This document shows, one piece after another, positions 37,759 to 46,770 of a stretch of 64,000 bases of DNA (positions are counted from its first letter, which is position 1; each line of letters starts with the position of its first letter). The notes beneath the pieces are model-generated. The model was not told where the DNA came from and made no database searches. It saw only the letters and a list, made by a program, of their open reading frames with translations. The DNA comes from Desulfosoma sp. (GTDB lineage Bacteria > Desulfobacterota > Syntrophobacteria > Syntrophobacterales > DSM-9756). The DNA lies in the NCBI GenBank assembly GCA_037481835.1, contig JBBFKW010000014.1, forward strand, positions 64,001 to 128,000. Direction: 5' to 3'. The translations under genes were made by a program, and so were the position numbers.

Positions 37759-38747
37759 TCTTCTCTCCTTTCCACAAAAAGTCCCGATTCCCGTGCGGCC
37801 TCCATGACCCTGGGGACCGATACCACGAGAGGGCCGTGGGGGGTGAGGCGCACGGCCACATCCGACGATGCCTTAAGCTCCACTTCCCTTTCCCCGTCCA
37901 GCGCCAAGACGCCCGATCCGGGCCTCAAGGGGTAGGGCCGATGGGGTTCCATGACGGTAAAGCTTTCCACGGGAACCCGGGCCACCATGCCCGGCGCGAT
38001 GGGCGCGGTGAATGCCGGCCCGCCGGGGCCCAGGACCACGTGCAGGCCTATGGGTTCCTCGGGGGCGATGGTCATCATGCGCCCCCCGACGGCGGACAGA
38101 CCGATGGCGTCGGGCCGGCATCGGGACAGAAAGATTTCGCGCACCTGGGTCACGTCCCAGATGGCCCGGGCGCCGATGAAGGGGCCCTTGACCGCCGCCG
38201 CGTCCACGAGGGCCAGGTCCACGACATGGCCTTCTCGAAGGATTTCCAAGGCGCAGACCCGAGTGCACGCCCTCTGCGGAGCGATCCGGCCGGAAGCGAT
38301 GAACCCCGCGGCGATCCCCCCGACCGTGGCTTCCATGAGGGACGGGAAGACGTTGTTGGTGCCTGTGGAAACCGCGAGCATGGGCACATCTCGGGACCCC
38401 TTGACCGCAGCCCGGCATGTGCCGTCGCCGCCGAGCACGATGAGGCACCCCGTGCCCTGGGAGGCCATCCAGCGGGCGGCTTCGGTGGAATCGTCCTGGG
38501 AATCGCGCACGCGCATGGGCACGGGGACCATGTCCAGGGAAACGGGGCATCCGCGCAGGGCCCGCTCCACGATGGCATAGCTGTCCGGCATGTAGAAGAC
38601 CCGACTCACCCCCGCGGCTTGCAGCCCGATGAGGAATCGGCGCACGATCCGGACTTTTTCCTGGTTGTCGAAAACGCTGCCATGGGCAACCAGTCGGCGG
38701 ATGTCTTTTCCCGAAGCGGGGTTGGCGATGATGCCGGCTGCGGCCAA
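37755..38747 (-). CDS. acoX: Acetoin catabolism protein X (NAD-kinase-like fold)
   Basis: GIIANPASGKDIRRLVA, VLGGDGT, STGTNNVFP, ALDGERE; TTG start with AGGAGG. Confidence 0.88.
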   Translation of the reverse strand: MAAAGIIANPASGKDIRRLVAHGSVFDNQEKVRIVRRFLIGLQAAGVSRVFYMPDSYAIVERALRGCPVSLDMVPVPMRVRDSQDDSTEAARWMASQGTGCLIVLGGDGTCRAAVKGSRDVPMLAVSTGTNNVFPSLMEATVGGIAAGFIASGRIAPQRACTRVCALEILREGHVVDLALVDAAAVKGPFIGARAIWDVTQVREIFLSRCRPDAIGLSAVGGRMMTIAPEEPIGLHVVLGPGGPAFTAPIAPGMVARVPVESFTVMEPHRPYPLRPGSGVLALDGEREVELKASSDVAVRLTPHGPLVVSVPRVMEAARESGLFVERREE

Positions 38748-38762
38748 GAGCTCCTCCTTCCG

Positions 38763-39737
38763 TCACCCGCGAATCTTTCGCACCGCGGCCACGATGTCCC
38801 CGGCATTGGGCAAAAACGCCTGTTCCAGCGGGGGGGAAAAGGGCACCGGGGTGAACGGGGCGGCCACGCGCATGATGGGGCCGTCCAGGTAATCAAAGGC
38901 GGCTTCAGCCACTTGAGCGGCGATTTCAGCCCCGAAACCCGCGTGCTTCACGGCCTCATGGACCACCACCAGGGCGTGGGTCTTCTGCACGGATCGGATG
39001 ATGGTTTCACTGTCCAAGGGCACCAGGGTCCGCGGGTCCACCACCTCGGCGCTGATGCCGTCCCGAGCCAGGATTTCCGCCGCTTCCAGCGCCGTGTGAA
39101 CCATCTTGGCCGTCGCCACGATGGTCACGTCGTCGCCAAAACGATGGATCGCCGCGCGGCCGAAAGGCACGGTGTAGATTTCGTCGGGGACGTCCCCTTC
39201 CACGCCGTAGAGGAGCTTATGTTCCAGGAAGACCACGGGGTTGTCGTCGCGGATGGCGCTGATGAGGAGCCCTTTGGCGTCGTAGGGGGTGGCCGGCATG
39301 GCCACCTTGAGCCCCGGCACATGGGCGAACCAGGCTTCCAAGGACTGGGAATGCTGGGCGGCGGCCCCGATCCCGGCCCCTTGAGGGGTGCGCAGCACCA
39401 TGGGGATCTTGGCCTTGCCCCCGAACATGTAGCGCATCTTGGCGGCTTGATTGAAAAGCTGGTCCAAGGCGACCCCGATGAAGTCCACGAACATGATCTC
39501 GCACACGGGCCGAAGCCCTGCCGCCGCCGCCCCCGTTGCCGCTCCGATGATGGCGCTTTCGGTGATGGGGGTGTCTTTGACGCGCTTTTCGCCGAAACGC
39601 TCGTAAAGCCCCTTGGTGACCCCGAAACAGCCCCCGAAAGGCCCCACATCCTCTCCCATGATGAAAACATCGGGATCCCGTTCCATTTCCTGGGCCAAGG
39701 CTTCGTTGATGGCCTGAAGATATGTCTTGAGAGGCAT
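38763..39737 (-). CDS. acoB: Acetoin dehydrogenase E1 beta subunit
   Basis: GEDVG, DTPITE, EIMFVDF, NQAAKMRYMFGG, AAQHSQ; aco context. Confidence 0.88.
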   Translation of the reverse strand: MPLKTYLQAINEALAQEMERDPDVFIMGEDVGPFGGCFGVTKGLYERFGEKRVKDTPITESAIIGAATGAAAAGLRPVCEIMFVDFIGVALDQLFNQAAKMRYMFGGKAKIPMVLRTPQGAGIGAAAQHSQSLEAWFAHVPGLKVAMPATPYDAKGLLISAIRDDNPVVFLEHKLLYGVEGDVPDEIYTVPFGRAAIHRFGDDVTIVATAKMVHTALEAAEILARDGISAEVVDPRTLVPLDSETIIRSVQKTHALVVVHEAVKHAGFGAEIAAQVAEAAFDYLDGPIMRVAAPFTPVPFSPPLEQAFLPNAGDIVAAVRKIRG

Positions 39738-39807
39738 AGTGTCCTCCTGTGCCTATGGCGGATTCGAGCATGCCCTCGCCGAAAGTGCGGGTCGAATCCT
39801 TCGTGTT

Positions 39808-40767
39808 TTATGCGTACACGTCTTCCAGGACCTCTTCCGGAGCGGGCAGGGGGCTCTGTTCCGCAAAAGAGACGGCCTCTTCCAGTTCCTTGGCCACCGC
39901 CTCCCGAAGGCTCCGATCCCGATCGTCGGTGAGGATGCCCTGGTCCCGGAGTCTTTCCCCGAGCCGCTTAATGGGGTCTTTTTCCATCCAGGTTTGGAGT
40001 TCCGCTTCATCGCGGTAGGTGCACACGTCCCCTTCGAAATGGCCTCGCCACCGATAGGTCTTGCACTCGATGAGCGACGGGCCGTCGCCGCGCCGGGCCC
40101 GTGCCGCGGCTTCCCCGACGGCTTCATAGACGGCGAGGACATCGTTGCCGTCCACGACGACGCCCGGCATGTCGTATGCCGCGGCCCGATCGGCGATGTC
40201 GGCCACCGCCATGGACTTGCACGTGGGGCACGAAATGCCGTACCCGTTGTTTTCATTGACGAAAATGACGGGAAGCTTCCAGGCGCTGGCCAGGTTCATG
40301 GCTTCCTGTGTGGTTCCCTGGTTGGCGGCCCCGTCCCCGAAGAAGCACACGGCCACCTGGTCCGTGCCGCGGTACTGGGCGGCCAAGGCCGCCCCGTTGG
40401 CGATGGGACCGCCGCCTCCCACGATGCCGTTGGCGCCCAGGATCCCCAGTTCCACATCGGCGATGTGCATGGATCCCCCTTTGCCCTTGCAGTATCCCGT
40501 CCTCTTGCCGAACAGTTCGGCCATCATGCGCTTGAGGTCGCCGCCTTTGGCGATGAGGTGTCCGTGGCCGCGATGGGTGCTCGTGATGTAGTCCTTCGGC
40601 TGGAGAACGGCGCACGTGCCCGTGGCCACGGCCTCCTCACCGATGTAAAGGTGGACGAAGCCGGGAATCTTGCCGGCGGCGAAAAACTCCTGGACCTTGG
40701 TTTCAAATTCTCGGATCCGGATCATGGTTTGATACATCTGGAGAAGCTTGTCGTCCGTGAGTGCCAT
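39808..40767 (-). CDS. acoA: Acetoin dehydrogenase E1 alpha subunit (TPP-dependent)
   Basis: IPGFVHLYIGEEA, STHRGHGH, GKGGSMH, TPP motif GDG...ENN, GHFEGD. Confidence 0.9.
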   Translation of the reverse strand: MALTDDKLLQMYQTMIRIREFETKVQEFFAAGKIPGFVHLYIGEEAVATGTCAVLQPKDYITSTHRGHGHLIAKGGDLKRMMAELFGKRTGYCKGKGGSMHIADVELGILGANGIVGGGGPIANGAALAAQYRGTDQVAVCFFGDGAANQGTTQEAMNLASAWKLPVIFVNENNGYGISCPTCKSMAVADIADRAAAYDMPGVVVDGNDVLAVYEAVGEAAARARRGDGPSLIECKTYRWRGHFEGDVCTYRDEAELQTWMEKDPIKRLGERLRDQGILTDDRDRSLREAVAKELEEAVSFAEQSPLPAPEEVLEDVYA

Positions 40768-40814
40768 GGTAACCCTCCTTGCAGCGCCCCGAAAAAGGAT
40801 CCCTCGGGGGCCCG

Positions 40815-41180
40815 TTATGGGGTGTCCACAAAAACGGTGACCGCCGCGTTGGCCACCACGATGGTGTCACAGCCCGAGGCGAAGCGGTCGACGCACAGGC
40901 CGGGGGCTTCCATGCCGCCGGCAACGGCCCGCACGGTCTTCGTGCCGATGGGCACCTGGGCGGCCACCGCCTCCGCCGCCACCGCCTCGGGATCGGGACA
41001 GGCCACGAGGATCTCCACGTGGACCTGATCCAGATCGTCCATGCCCACGATTTCCAAAAGTCCACACAGACAGCTTCGGCTGACGGCGTCTCGAACCGCC
41101 CGGCAGGCGGCCTTGGTGACGTCCCTGCCGTGCAGATCCGCTCCCGTGCCCAGTTCCACGATGAACCGCTTTCGCGCCAT
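40815..41180 (-). CDS. Lin0512-family protein
   Basis: FIVELGTG.DLHG.DVTKAA.RAVRDA...GG....VANAAVTV. Confidence 0.8.
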   Translation of the reverse strand: MARKRFIVELGTGADLHGRDVTKAACRAVRDAVSRSCLCGLLEIVGMDDLDQVHVEILVACPDPEAVAAEAVAAQVPIGTKTVRAVAGGMEAPGLCVDRFASGCDTIVVANAAVTVFVDTP

Positions 41181-41217
41181 AGGACCGCTCCTTTCCCCCT
41201 TGCCCGGCCTTGTCCCG

Positions 41218-42573
41218 TCAGGCGATGAGCGTGGCCGGGTCTTCCAAAAAGTCCGCCAGAGCCCTGAGGAACCGCATGGCGGGCGCGCCGTCCGTCACCC
41301 GGTGGTCGAAGGTGAGGCTGAGCGTCATGAGGTGTCGCACGGCGATGGTCCCCTCGTGGACGGCCGGTTTGGCGACGACGCGGCTCACGCCCAGAATGGC
41401 CGTCTCCGGAGGGTTCAGGATGGGGGTGAAGCCGTCCACCCCGAGCATGCTCACGTTGGTGATGGTGAACGTGCCGCCTTGAATGTCGTCCAGAGTGAGG
41501 CGGCCTTCCCGGGCTTTGGCCGCCAGATCCTTGATGGCGGAGGCCAGGGCGAGGAGGGGCAAGGTTTGGGCGTTTTTCACGTTGGGCACGATGAGACCGT
41601 CTTGGAGGGCGACGGCGATGCCCAGATGGACGTGATCGTGGAGCACGATGCCCTCGGGGGTGAGCCACGAGTTCATGATGGGATGCCGGGGCAGAGTCCG
41701 GCAGACGGCGTAGGCGATGAGATCGTTCAGGGAGAGGCGCGGCATGTCGGGTTGGCTGAACTTGGCGCGCAGCCGGTCCCGAAGCCCGATGAGGTCCGTG
41801 GCGTCGACTTCCACGAAGACGGTGAGCTGCGCCGATTGGTGCAAGCTCGCCGTCATGTTGTCGGCGATGGCCTTGCGCATTCCCGAAAAGGGGAGGATCG
41901 TGCCCGGAACGGGCGCCGCGGCCGCCTTGTCCGGTTTGGGTTCCTCCCGGGTCGCCCGGCCCTGTGCGGCCTGCACGGCACGAAGAACATCCGCCTTCGT
42001 GATGCGCCCTCCGGGCCCCGTGCCCTGGACGGCCGCCAAATCGATTCCGGCCTGCTCGGCCAGCTGTTTTGCCTGAGGACTGACGGACGGGCCCTTGTCC
42101 TGGAGTTCCTTGTAGGCCCGAACGTCCTGCTCCGTCACGCGCCCTTCAGGCCCCGTGCCGATCACCGCCGCAAGGTCGATCCCCCATTCCTTGGCGAGAC
42201 GCCGGGCGATGGGGCTCGCCCGCACAAAAGACGGTTCTCCTCCATCTCGGCCGGGGGGTGGGCCCTGAGGGGCCGAGGCCGCCTCTTCGGCCTGGAGCGC
42301 AGGAGCCCCCTCGGCCAGTCGCTCCGGCTGTTCCCCGGCCTGGGCAATGACCGCCACCACCGTTTTCACCGGGACGGTCTGGCCCGCGGGAACCAGGATC
42401 TGAAACAGTACTCCGGACGCCGGAGCCTCCACCACATTGGTGATCTTACTCGTTTCCACTTCAAAAAGGCCTTCCCCTTTTTGGACCGGGTCCCCCTCGG
42501 CTTTCAGCCACCGGGTGATCTTCCCCTCGGTCATGGTGAGGCCCCACTTGGGCATGGCGACATAAACAGGCAC
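41218..42573 (-). CDS. acoC: Dihydrolipoamide acetyltransferase (E2) of acetoin dehydrogenase
   Basis: Lipoyl domain EVETSKI, two peripheral subunit-binding domains, catalytic FDHRVTDG; GTG start with AAGGAGG. Confidence 0.88.
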   Translation of the reverse strand: MPVYVAMPKWGLTMTEGKITRWLKAEGDPVQKGEGLFEVETSKITNVVEAPASGVLFQILVPAGQTVPVKTVVAVIAQAGEQPERLAEGAPALQAEEAASAPQGPPPGRDGGEPSFVRASPIARRLAKEWGIDLAAVIGTGPEGRVTEQDVRAYKELQDKGPSVSPQAKQLAEQAGIDLAAVQGTGPGGRITKADVLRAVQAAQGRATREEPKPDKAAAAPVPGTILPFSGMRKAIADNMTASLHQSAQLTVFVEVDATDLIGLRDRLRAKFSQPDMPRLSLNDLIAYAVCRTLPRHPIMNSWLTPEGIVLHDHVHLGIAVALQDGLIVPNVKNAQTLPLLALASAIKDLAAKAREGRLTLDDIQGGTFTITNVSMLGVDGFTPILNPPETAILGVSRVVAKPAVHEGTIAVRHLMTLSLTFDHRVTDGAPAMRFLRALADFLEDPATLIA

Positions 42574-42647
42574 AGGGATCCTCCTTCGTTAACGACCTCG
42601 TGCGATAGGGCGATGCCGCACCCCGAAGACGCTTCTTCCTGCCTAAG

Positions 42648-42664
42648 AGCAACTTGAGTGCCAA
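42648..42664 (-). promoter_or_regulatory. Sigma54 (-24/-12) promoter of the aco operon
   Basis: Minus strand TTGGCAC-TCAAG-TTGCT matches the consensus; a sigma54 activator is adjacent. Confidence 0.88.
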
Positions 42665-42758
42665 AAGGGCGGGGCGGAAAACCCCGTCAGGCGACCGGTC
42701 CCTTCGGGGCGGGATCCTGCGCCCCCCGTCCAGGCGCCGGATGGGGTGAAAGTATTCG

Positions 42759-42777
42759 GTGTTCGAAAATGGAACAC
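42759..42777. promoter_or_regulatory. Candidate upstream activator sequence for AcoR
   Basis: Palindrome GTGTTC-GAAAATG-GAACAC about 100 bp upstream of the sigma54 promoter. Confidence 0.6.
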
Positions 42778-42927
42778 AAAGCGCCGGCATGCCGGTGAAA
42801 GGGCTTGAGTCTTCCCCCCGGTCGAGGTAATCAAGGGGTAGCATCATGGGAGACAATGGGGCGGTGTGTGGGCGTTTCGGCACACGCATCCCGGGCACAG
42901 GGTTTCCCGCCGATGGGGGAGGCCGCC

Positions 42928-45000
42928 ATGTACGAGCTTGTTTGGAAGGGGTCCCGCTTTCAGGTGGTTCGGTCCCAGGGTGAGGACGCGGCGGCGAGGC
43001 GCCGGGCCGACCCGAAAAAGGACGCCGAAGGTGTGTTTCGGGGGATCGATCGGGCCGCATGGCGGGATTACGTCCTTCGCGGGCGCGGCAGTCCTCAGGT
43101 GCAGGAGTTGATCCGGCAGTCCTGGTCGCGATGCCTCGATCACGGCGTGGATCCGGCCGAAGGCAAGTGCTGGGATATTCGCTACGAGCAAGACCTGGGC
43201 GAGGAGTATCGTTTCCTCAAGGAGCTCACCCGGGACATTCAAACGGAAATCTACACGCTCGTTCAAAACCGGGGGCTCCTCGTGACGGTGAGCGACCGGC
43301 GAGGGTACCTGGCGGGGATGGTGGGGGATATCAAAGCCCTGCGGGCCGCCGACAAACTGAACTTCGGCCCCGGCGCCAACTGGGGCGAAACGACCGTGGG
43401 GACCAACGCCATCGGGACGGCCCTGCGATGCGCCCATGCGCTCCAGGTCCGAGGACGGGAACACTTCTGTGAAACTCACCACGGCTGGATCTGTTCCGCC
43501 GCCCCCATCTTCGACTGGAACGGGGAACTTTTTGCCTGTTTCGACATCTCGGGACCGCTGGATTCAAACCACCATCGTGCCCTGGATCTGGCCATGCACG
43601 GCGCCCGGATGATCGAAAGCCGCCTGTATCGCTTCAGAGCGGCGCAGGAAGCGGCTTCTTCGTCGCCCATTGTGCAGACCGTGCTCCATGCCGCACCTTC
43701 CGGCCTCCTTTACGCCGATGCCTCAGGGCGCATCGTGGAATCCAACCCCATGGCCTCGGCCCTGCTCGGCGTTTCGCGCGACCGCATGGTGGGGGCTCGC
43801 CTCGAGCAGTTCTTCCATATCAAGGAGTTCCGGTCCATGGTTTGGGCCGGCACGCCCAGGTCGCGTGGGGATGCCGGGATTCCCGTGCCATGCCTGGGAA
43901 CCCAGGCCCTCAAGGCGAGCGCTTTTCCCGTGACAAGCCCCAACGGATCCGTGCAGGGGGCGCTCATCCTCATCGAAGAGGCTCCGCCCGCCCGCAGGAC
44001 GACCCAGCTCGTGGGCGCGGCGCCTCAAGACCCCTTCCGGGACCTTCTCGGGCACAGCACCGCGCTGCGTGAAGCGGTGGATCTGGCCCGCCGGGTGGCT
44101 TCGACGGACACCACGGTGCTCCTCGTGGGGGAAAGCGGCACGGGAAAAGAGATCCTCGCCAAGGCCATCCATGCGGCGAGCCGCAGAGCCGACGGGCCGT
44201 TCGTGGCCGTCAACTGCGGAGCCATCCCGTCGGGGCTCATCCAAAGCGTTCTTTTCGGGTACGTGGAAGGGGCGTTCACGGGAGCGCGGCGGGGCGGCAG
44301 TCCGGGAAAATTCGAGCAGGCCCACGGCGGGACCCTCTTTCTCGATGAAATCGCCGAAATGCCCCTGGATATGCAGGTGAATTTGTTGAGGGTCCTGGAA
44401 GAAGGGCAGGTGACCCGCGTTGGAGGCACCCGGCCGGCCGCCGTGGATGTGCGCATCATCGCGGCGACCCACAGGGATCTTGCGGCGCGGGTCCGGGAAG
44501 GGCTGTTCCGGGAAGATCTCTACTACAGGCTGCACGTGGTCCGCATCGTCTTGCCGCCCCTTCGGGAAAGGGGCGAAGACGTGCTCGTGCTGGCCCGCCA
44601 CTTTATCGAGCTCGTGTCCCGCAAGCTCGGCCGCTCGGTGCGGCTGATTCTCCCGTCGTTTTACCGGGCGCTGGCGGCTCACGGCTGGCCGGGGAACGTG
44701 CGCGAATTGAGGCATGCCGTTGAAGCCGCCGTGGCCCTCATGCCCGGGGATGTTTTGGGGGAGGAAAGCCTTCCGGACCACGTGCGAGGCCTTGAGCGGG
44801 CGAAGGTTCCGGAAGAAGGGGAAAGGCCTGGGCCCGAAGGGGCGCCGTTTGATCTGAGAGCCGTCGAGGCGGAAACGATCCGCAGGGCTTACGCCCATTT
44901 CCGCGGAAATATTACGGAGACGGCCCGGGCCCTCGGGATCGGGAGGAACACGCTTTACGCCAAGCTGCGAAAACTCGGGATCCCGGCCTCATCCCGGTGA
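42928..45000 (+). CDS. acoR: Sigma54-dependent activator (GAF-PAS-AAA+-HTH), AcoR-like
   Basis: SW.RC, WGE..VGTNAIGTAL, GESGTGKE, GAFTGA, WPGNVREL, Fis-type HTH. Confidence 0.9.
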   Translation: MYELVWKGSRFQVVRSQGEDAAARRRADPKKDAEGVFRGIDRAAWRDYVLRGRGSPQVQELIRQSWSRCLDHGVDPAEGKCWDIRYEQDLGEEYRFLKELTRDIQTEIYTLVQNRGLLVTVSDRRGYLAGMVGDIKALRAADKLNFGPGANWGETTVGTNAIGTALRCAHALQVRGREHFCETHHGWICSAAPIFDWNGELFACFDISGPLDSNHHRALDLAMHGARMIESRLYRFRAAQEAASSSPIVQTVLHAAPSGLLYADASGRIVESNPMASALLGVSRDRMVGARLEQFFHIKEFRSMVWAGTPRSRGDAGIPVPCLGTQALKASAFPVTSPNGSVQGALILIEEAPPARRTTQLVGAAPQDPFRDLLGHSTALREAVDLARRVASTDTTVLLVGESGTGKEILAKAIHAASRRADGPFVAVNCGAIPSGLIQSVLFGYVEGAFTGARRGGSPGKFEQAHGGTLFLDEIAEMPLDMQVNLLRVLEEGQVTRVGGTRPAAVDVRIIAATHRDLAARVREGLFREDLYYRLHVVRIVLPPLRERGEDVLVLARHFIELVSRKLGRSVRLILPSFYRALAAHGWPGNVRELRHAVEAAVALMPGDVLGEESLPDHVRGLERAKVPEEGERPGPEGAPFDLRAVEAETIRRAYAHFRGNITETARALGIGRNTLYAKLRKLGIPASSR

Positions 45001-45329
45001 AGATTCCCCGGGGGAACCTTTCGGCAGGCGCGGTCTATAATTGTAGGTTGGGGTTCGCTTCGCTCACCCCAACCTACGAGTTTATTCCAGGATGTCGGCC
45101 GGCGAATGCCGGTTGGGGTTCGCTTCGCTCACCCCAACCTACGAGTTTATTCCAGGATGTCGGCCGTCCAAGGTAGGTTGGGGTGAGCGCAGCGAACCCC
45201 AACAAAAATCGGGGCCACTCTTGCACGTTGCGGTGTGGCAGCGAAGGATGAAACTCGAACGCCCGGGAGCTCCCAAAACTCGGGATCCCGGCCTCATCCC
45301 GGTAAAGATTCCCCCGGGAGTCTTTCGGC
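44970..45329. repeat. REP cluster bracketed by an imperfect ~56-bp direct repeat
   Basis: AAAACTCGGGATCCCGGCCTCATCCCGGTRAAGATTCCCC... at 44970 and 45275; REPs at 45043-45077, 45111-45142 and 45173-45203. Confidence 0.88.
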
Positions 45330-45345
45330 GAGCGGGGTTTGGCTG

Positions 45346-46161
45346 ATGAAGAAGCCTCTGACTATATTATCTTATATCTTTCTTTGGCTGGCCGGCCTAA
45401 GCCTTTCTTCGGCCGCCGCGCAGGCTCCGTACACCCCGCAGCCGGGAAGCGTCGAGCGCAAGGCGATCATGGATGCCCTGCGGGCGGGACTGGAAGCTTT
45501 TCCGCATTCTGCCGATCCGGACTTTGCGTACAGGCGGCAAGACGTCGGGGTCCCTGCGGACCTTCCGGTCCGCTTCGTTGTCCACCATTTGAAAGTCAAG
45601 GAGGGATGGGCGTGGGCCGAAGTGGACGTCAAGGACTATTGCTGTGCCACCCTTTATGCCCTCCTGCGCCGGGAAGAAAGGGGCTGGGCGGTCCAAGGCA
45701 TGGTGAATCCTTTGTACGTCGTATGCCCGGATCCCGATCGGGGCGACCCCGTGGTTCAGCAATTCATCTACGAAAAATTCGCCGAGAAATTTCCCTTACT
45801 CCCCCGGGATATCTTTCCCGATGTACCGGCCGATCTCTCCCCTATCCTAAAGAACATCAATGAAGGTCTGGTCAGAAATGGTCTGGTAGTGGATGGATCG
45901 CTTGTGTTTTTCGTGCGCTATTTCAAGAGAAAGGGCGATTGGGCCTGGCTGAAGGTGCAGCCCCGAAATGCCGAGGGGACGTTGATAACCGAAGAACTGG
46001 AGGGCCTCGTTCACTTGGAAGACGGGCGCTGGATTCTAAAGGCGGCCGTGCCGTGCTGCGGCGAATGCGAAGAAGATCCGGACTGCGCCGCGGGCAGGTA
46101 CCCCAAGAAAGTCATGCGTCTTTTCCCCAAGGCGCCCAAAGAAATCTTTCCTTCACCATAG
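45346..46161 (+). CDS. Hypothetical exported protein with an internally duplicated domain
   Basis: Signal peptide; FVVHHLKVKEGWAW and FFVRYFKRKGDWAW; halves end FP..PRDIFP and FP..PKEIFP. Confidence 0.75.
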   Translation: MKKPLTILSYIFLWLAGLSLSSAAAQAPYTPQPGSVERKAIMDALRAGLEAFPHSADPDFAYRRQDVGVPADLPVRFVVHHLKVKEGWAWAEVDVKDYCCATLYALLRREERGWAVQGMVNPLYVVCPDPDRGDPVVQQFIYEKFAEKFPLLPRDIFPDVPADLSPILKNINEGLVRNGLVVDGSLVFFVRYFKRKGDWAWLKVQPRNAEGTLITEELEGLVHLEDGRWILKAAVPCCGECEEDPDCAAGRYPKKVMRLFPKAPKEIFPSP

Positions 46162-46341
46162 GCGATCCTCTTGTTCGGCGGACCTTCCCGCTGGAGATCG
46201 GCACCTTCCGGCGTTCCCATGGGACAAGGACGGCATCGAAAAGCGGTTGCTTGACGGAAGCGGGGATTTTTAGCATATTCGCCGGAAATCGGTGGATCGA
46301 GCTCGTGTTGGAGTTCCCCCTGTCCTTGAAAGGAGCGATGC

Positions 46342-46632
46342 GTGATCAAGACCATATTGGCGGTGATGGGATGCGCGGCGGTTTTGGGGCTGGCTGCGGT
46401 TCCGGCCCCGGTAAGAGCCCAAGGGAACCAGGAGGCGCGATCTTTGGTGCAGAACCGGTGCACGGTCTGCCACAATCTCGCTCGGGTGAAAGCGCACATC
46501 GGCAAGAACGACCGAAAAGCCTGGGACGAGTATGTGTCGCGCATGCAAAAAAACGGAGCCCAAGTGACCGACGCCGAAAAACAGGCCATCGTCGATTACC
46601 TGGCATCCCTCAAGTCCGGAAAGGACCTCTAG
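46342..46632 (+). CDS. Small monoheme cytochrome c
   Basis: Signal peptide, CTVCH, W...V.RM...GA...IVDYL; AAGGAG RBS. Confidence 0.85.
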   Translation: MIKTILAVMGCAAVLGLAAVPAPVRAQGNQEARSLVQNRCTVCHNLARVKAHIGKNDRKAWDEYVSRMQKNGAQVTDAEKQAIVDYLASLKSGKDL

Positions 46633-46750
46633 GAGGCTGTCTGAGAACGAACCCGAAGGCCTTTTGTCCTGGGAGCGCGGGCCTCCGGCCCGCACGAGAA
46701 GCGGGCGAGACGCCCGCGCTCCCAGGAATATGCCATTCTCGGACAAGCTC
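46633..46750. mobile_element. 118-bp MITE, copy 2
   Basis: CTAG|GAGGCTGTCTGAGAA...TTCTCGGACAAGCTC|CTAG. Confidence 0.88.
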
Positions 46751-46770
46751 CTAGGCTGGCGCTTCGACCC

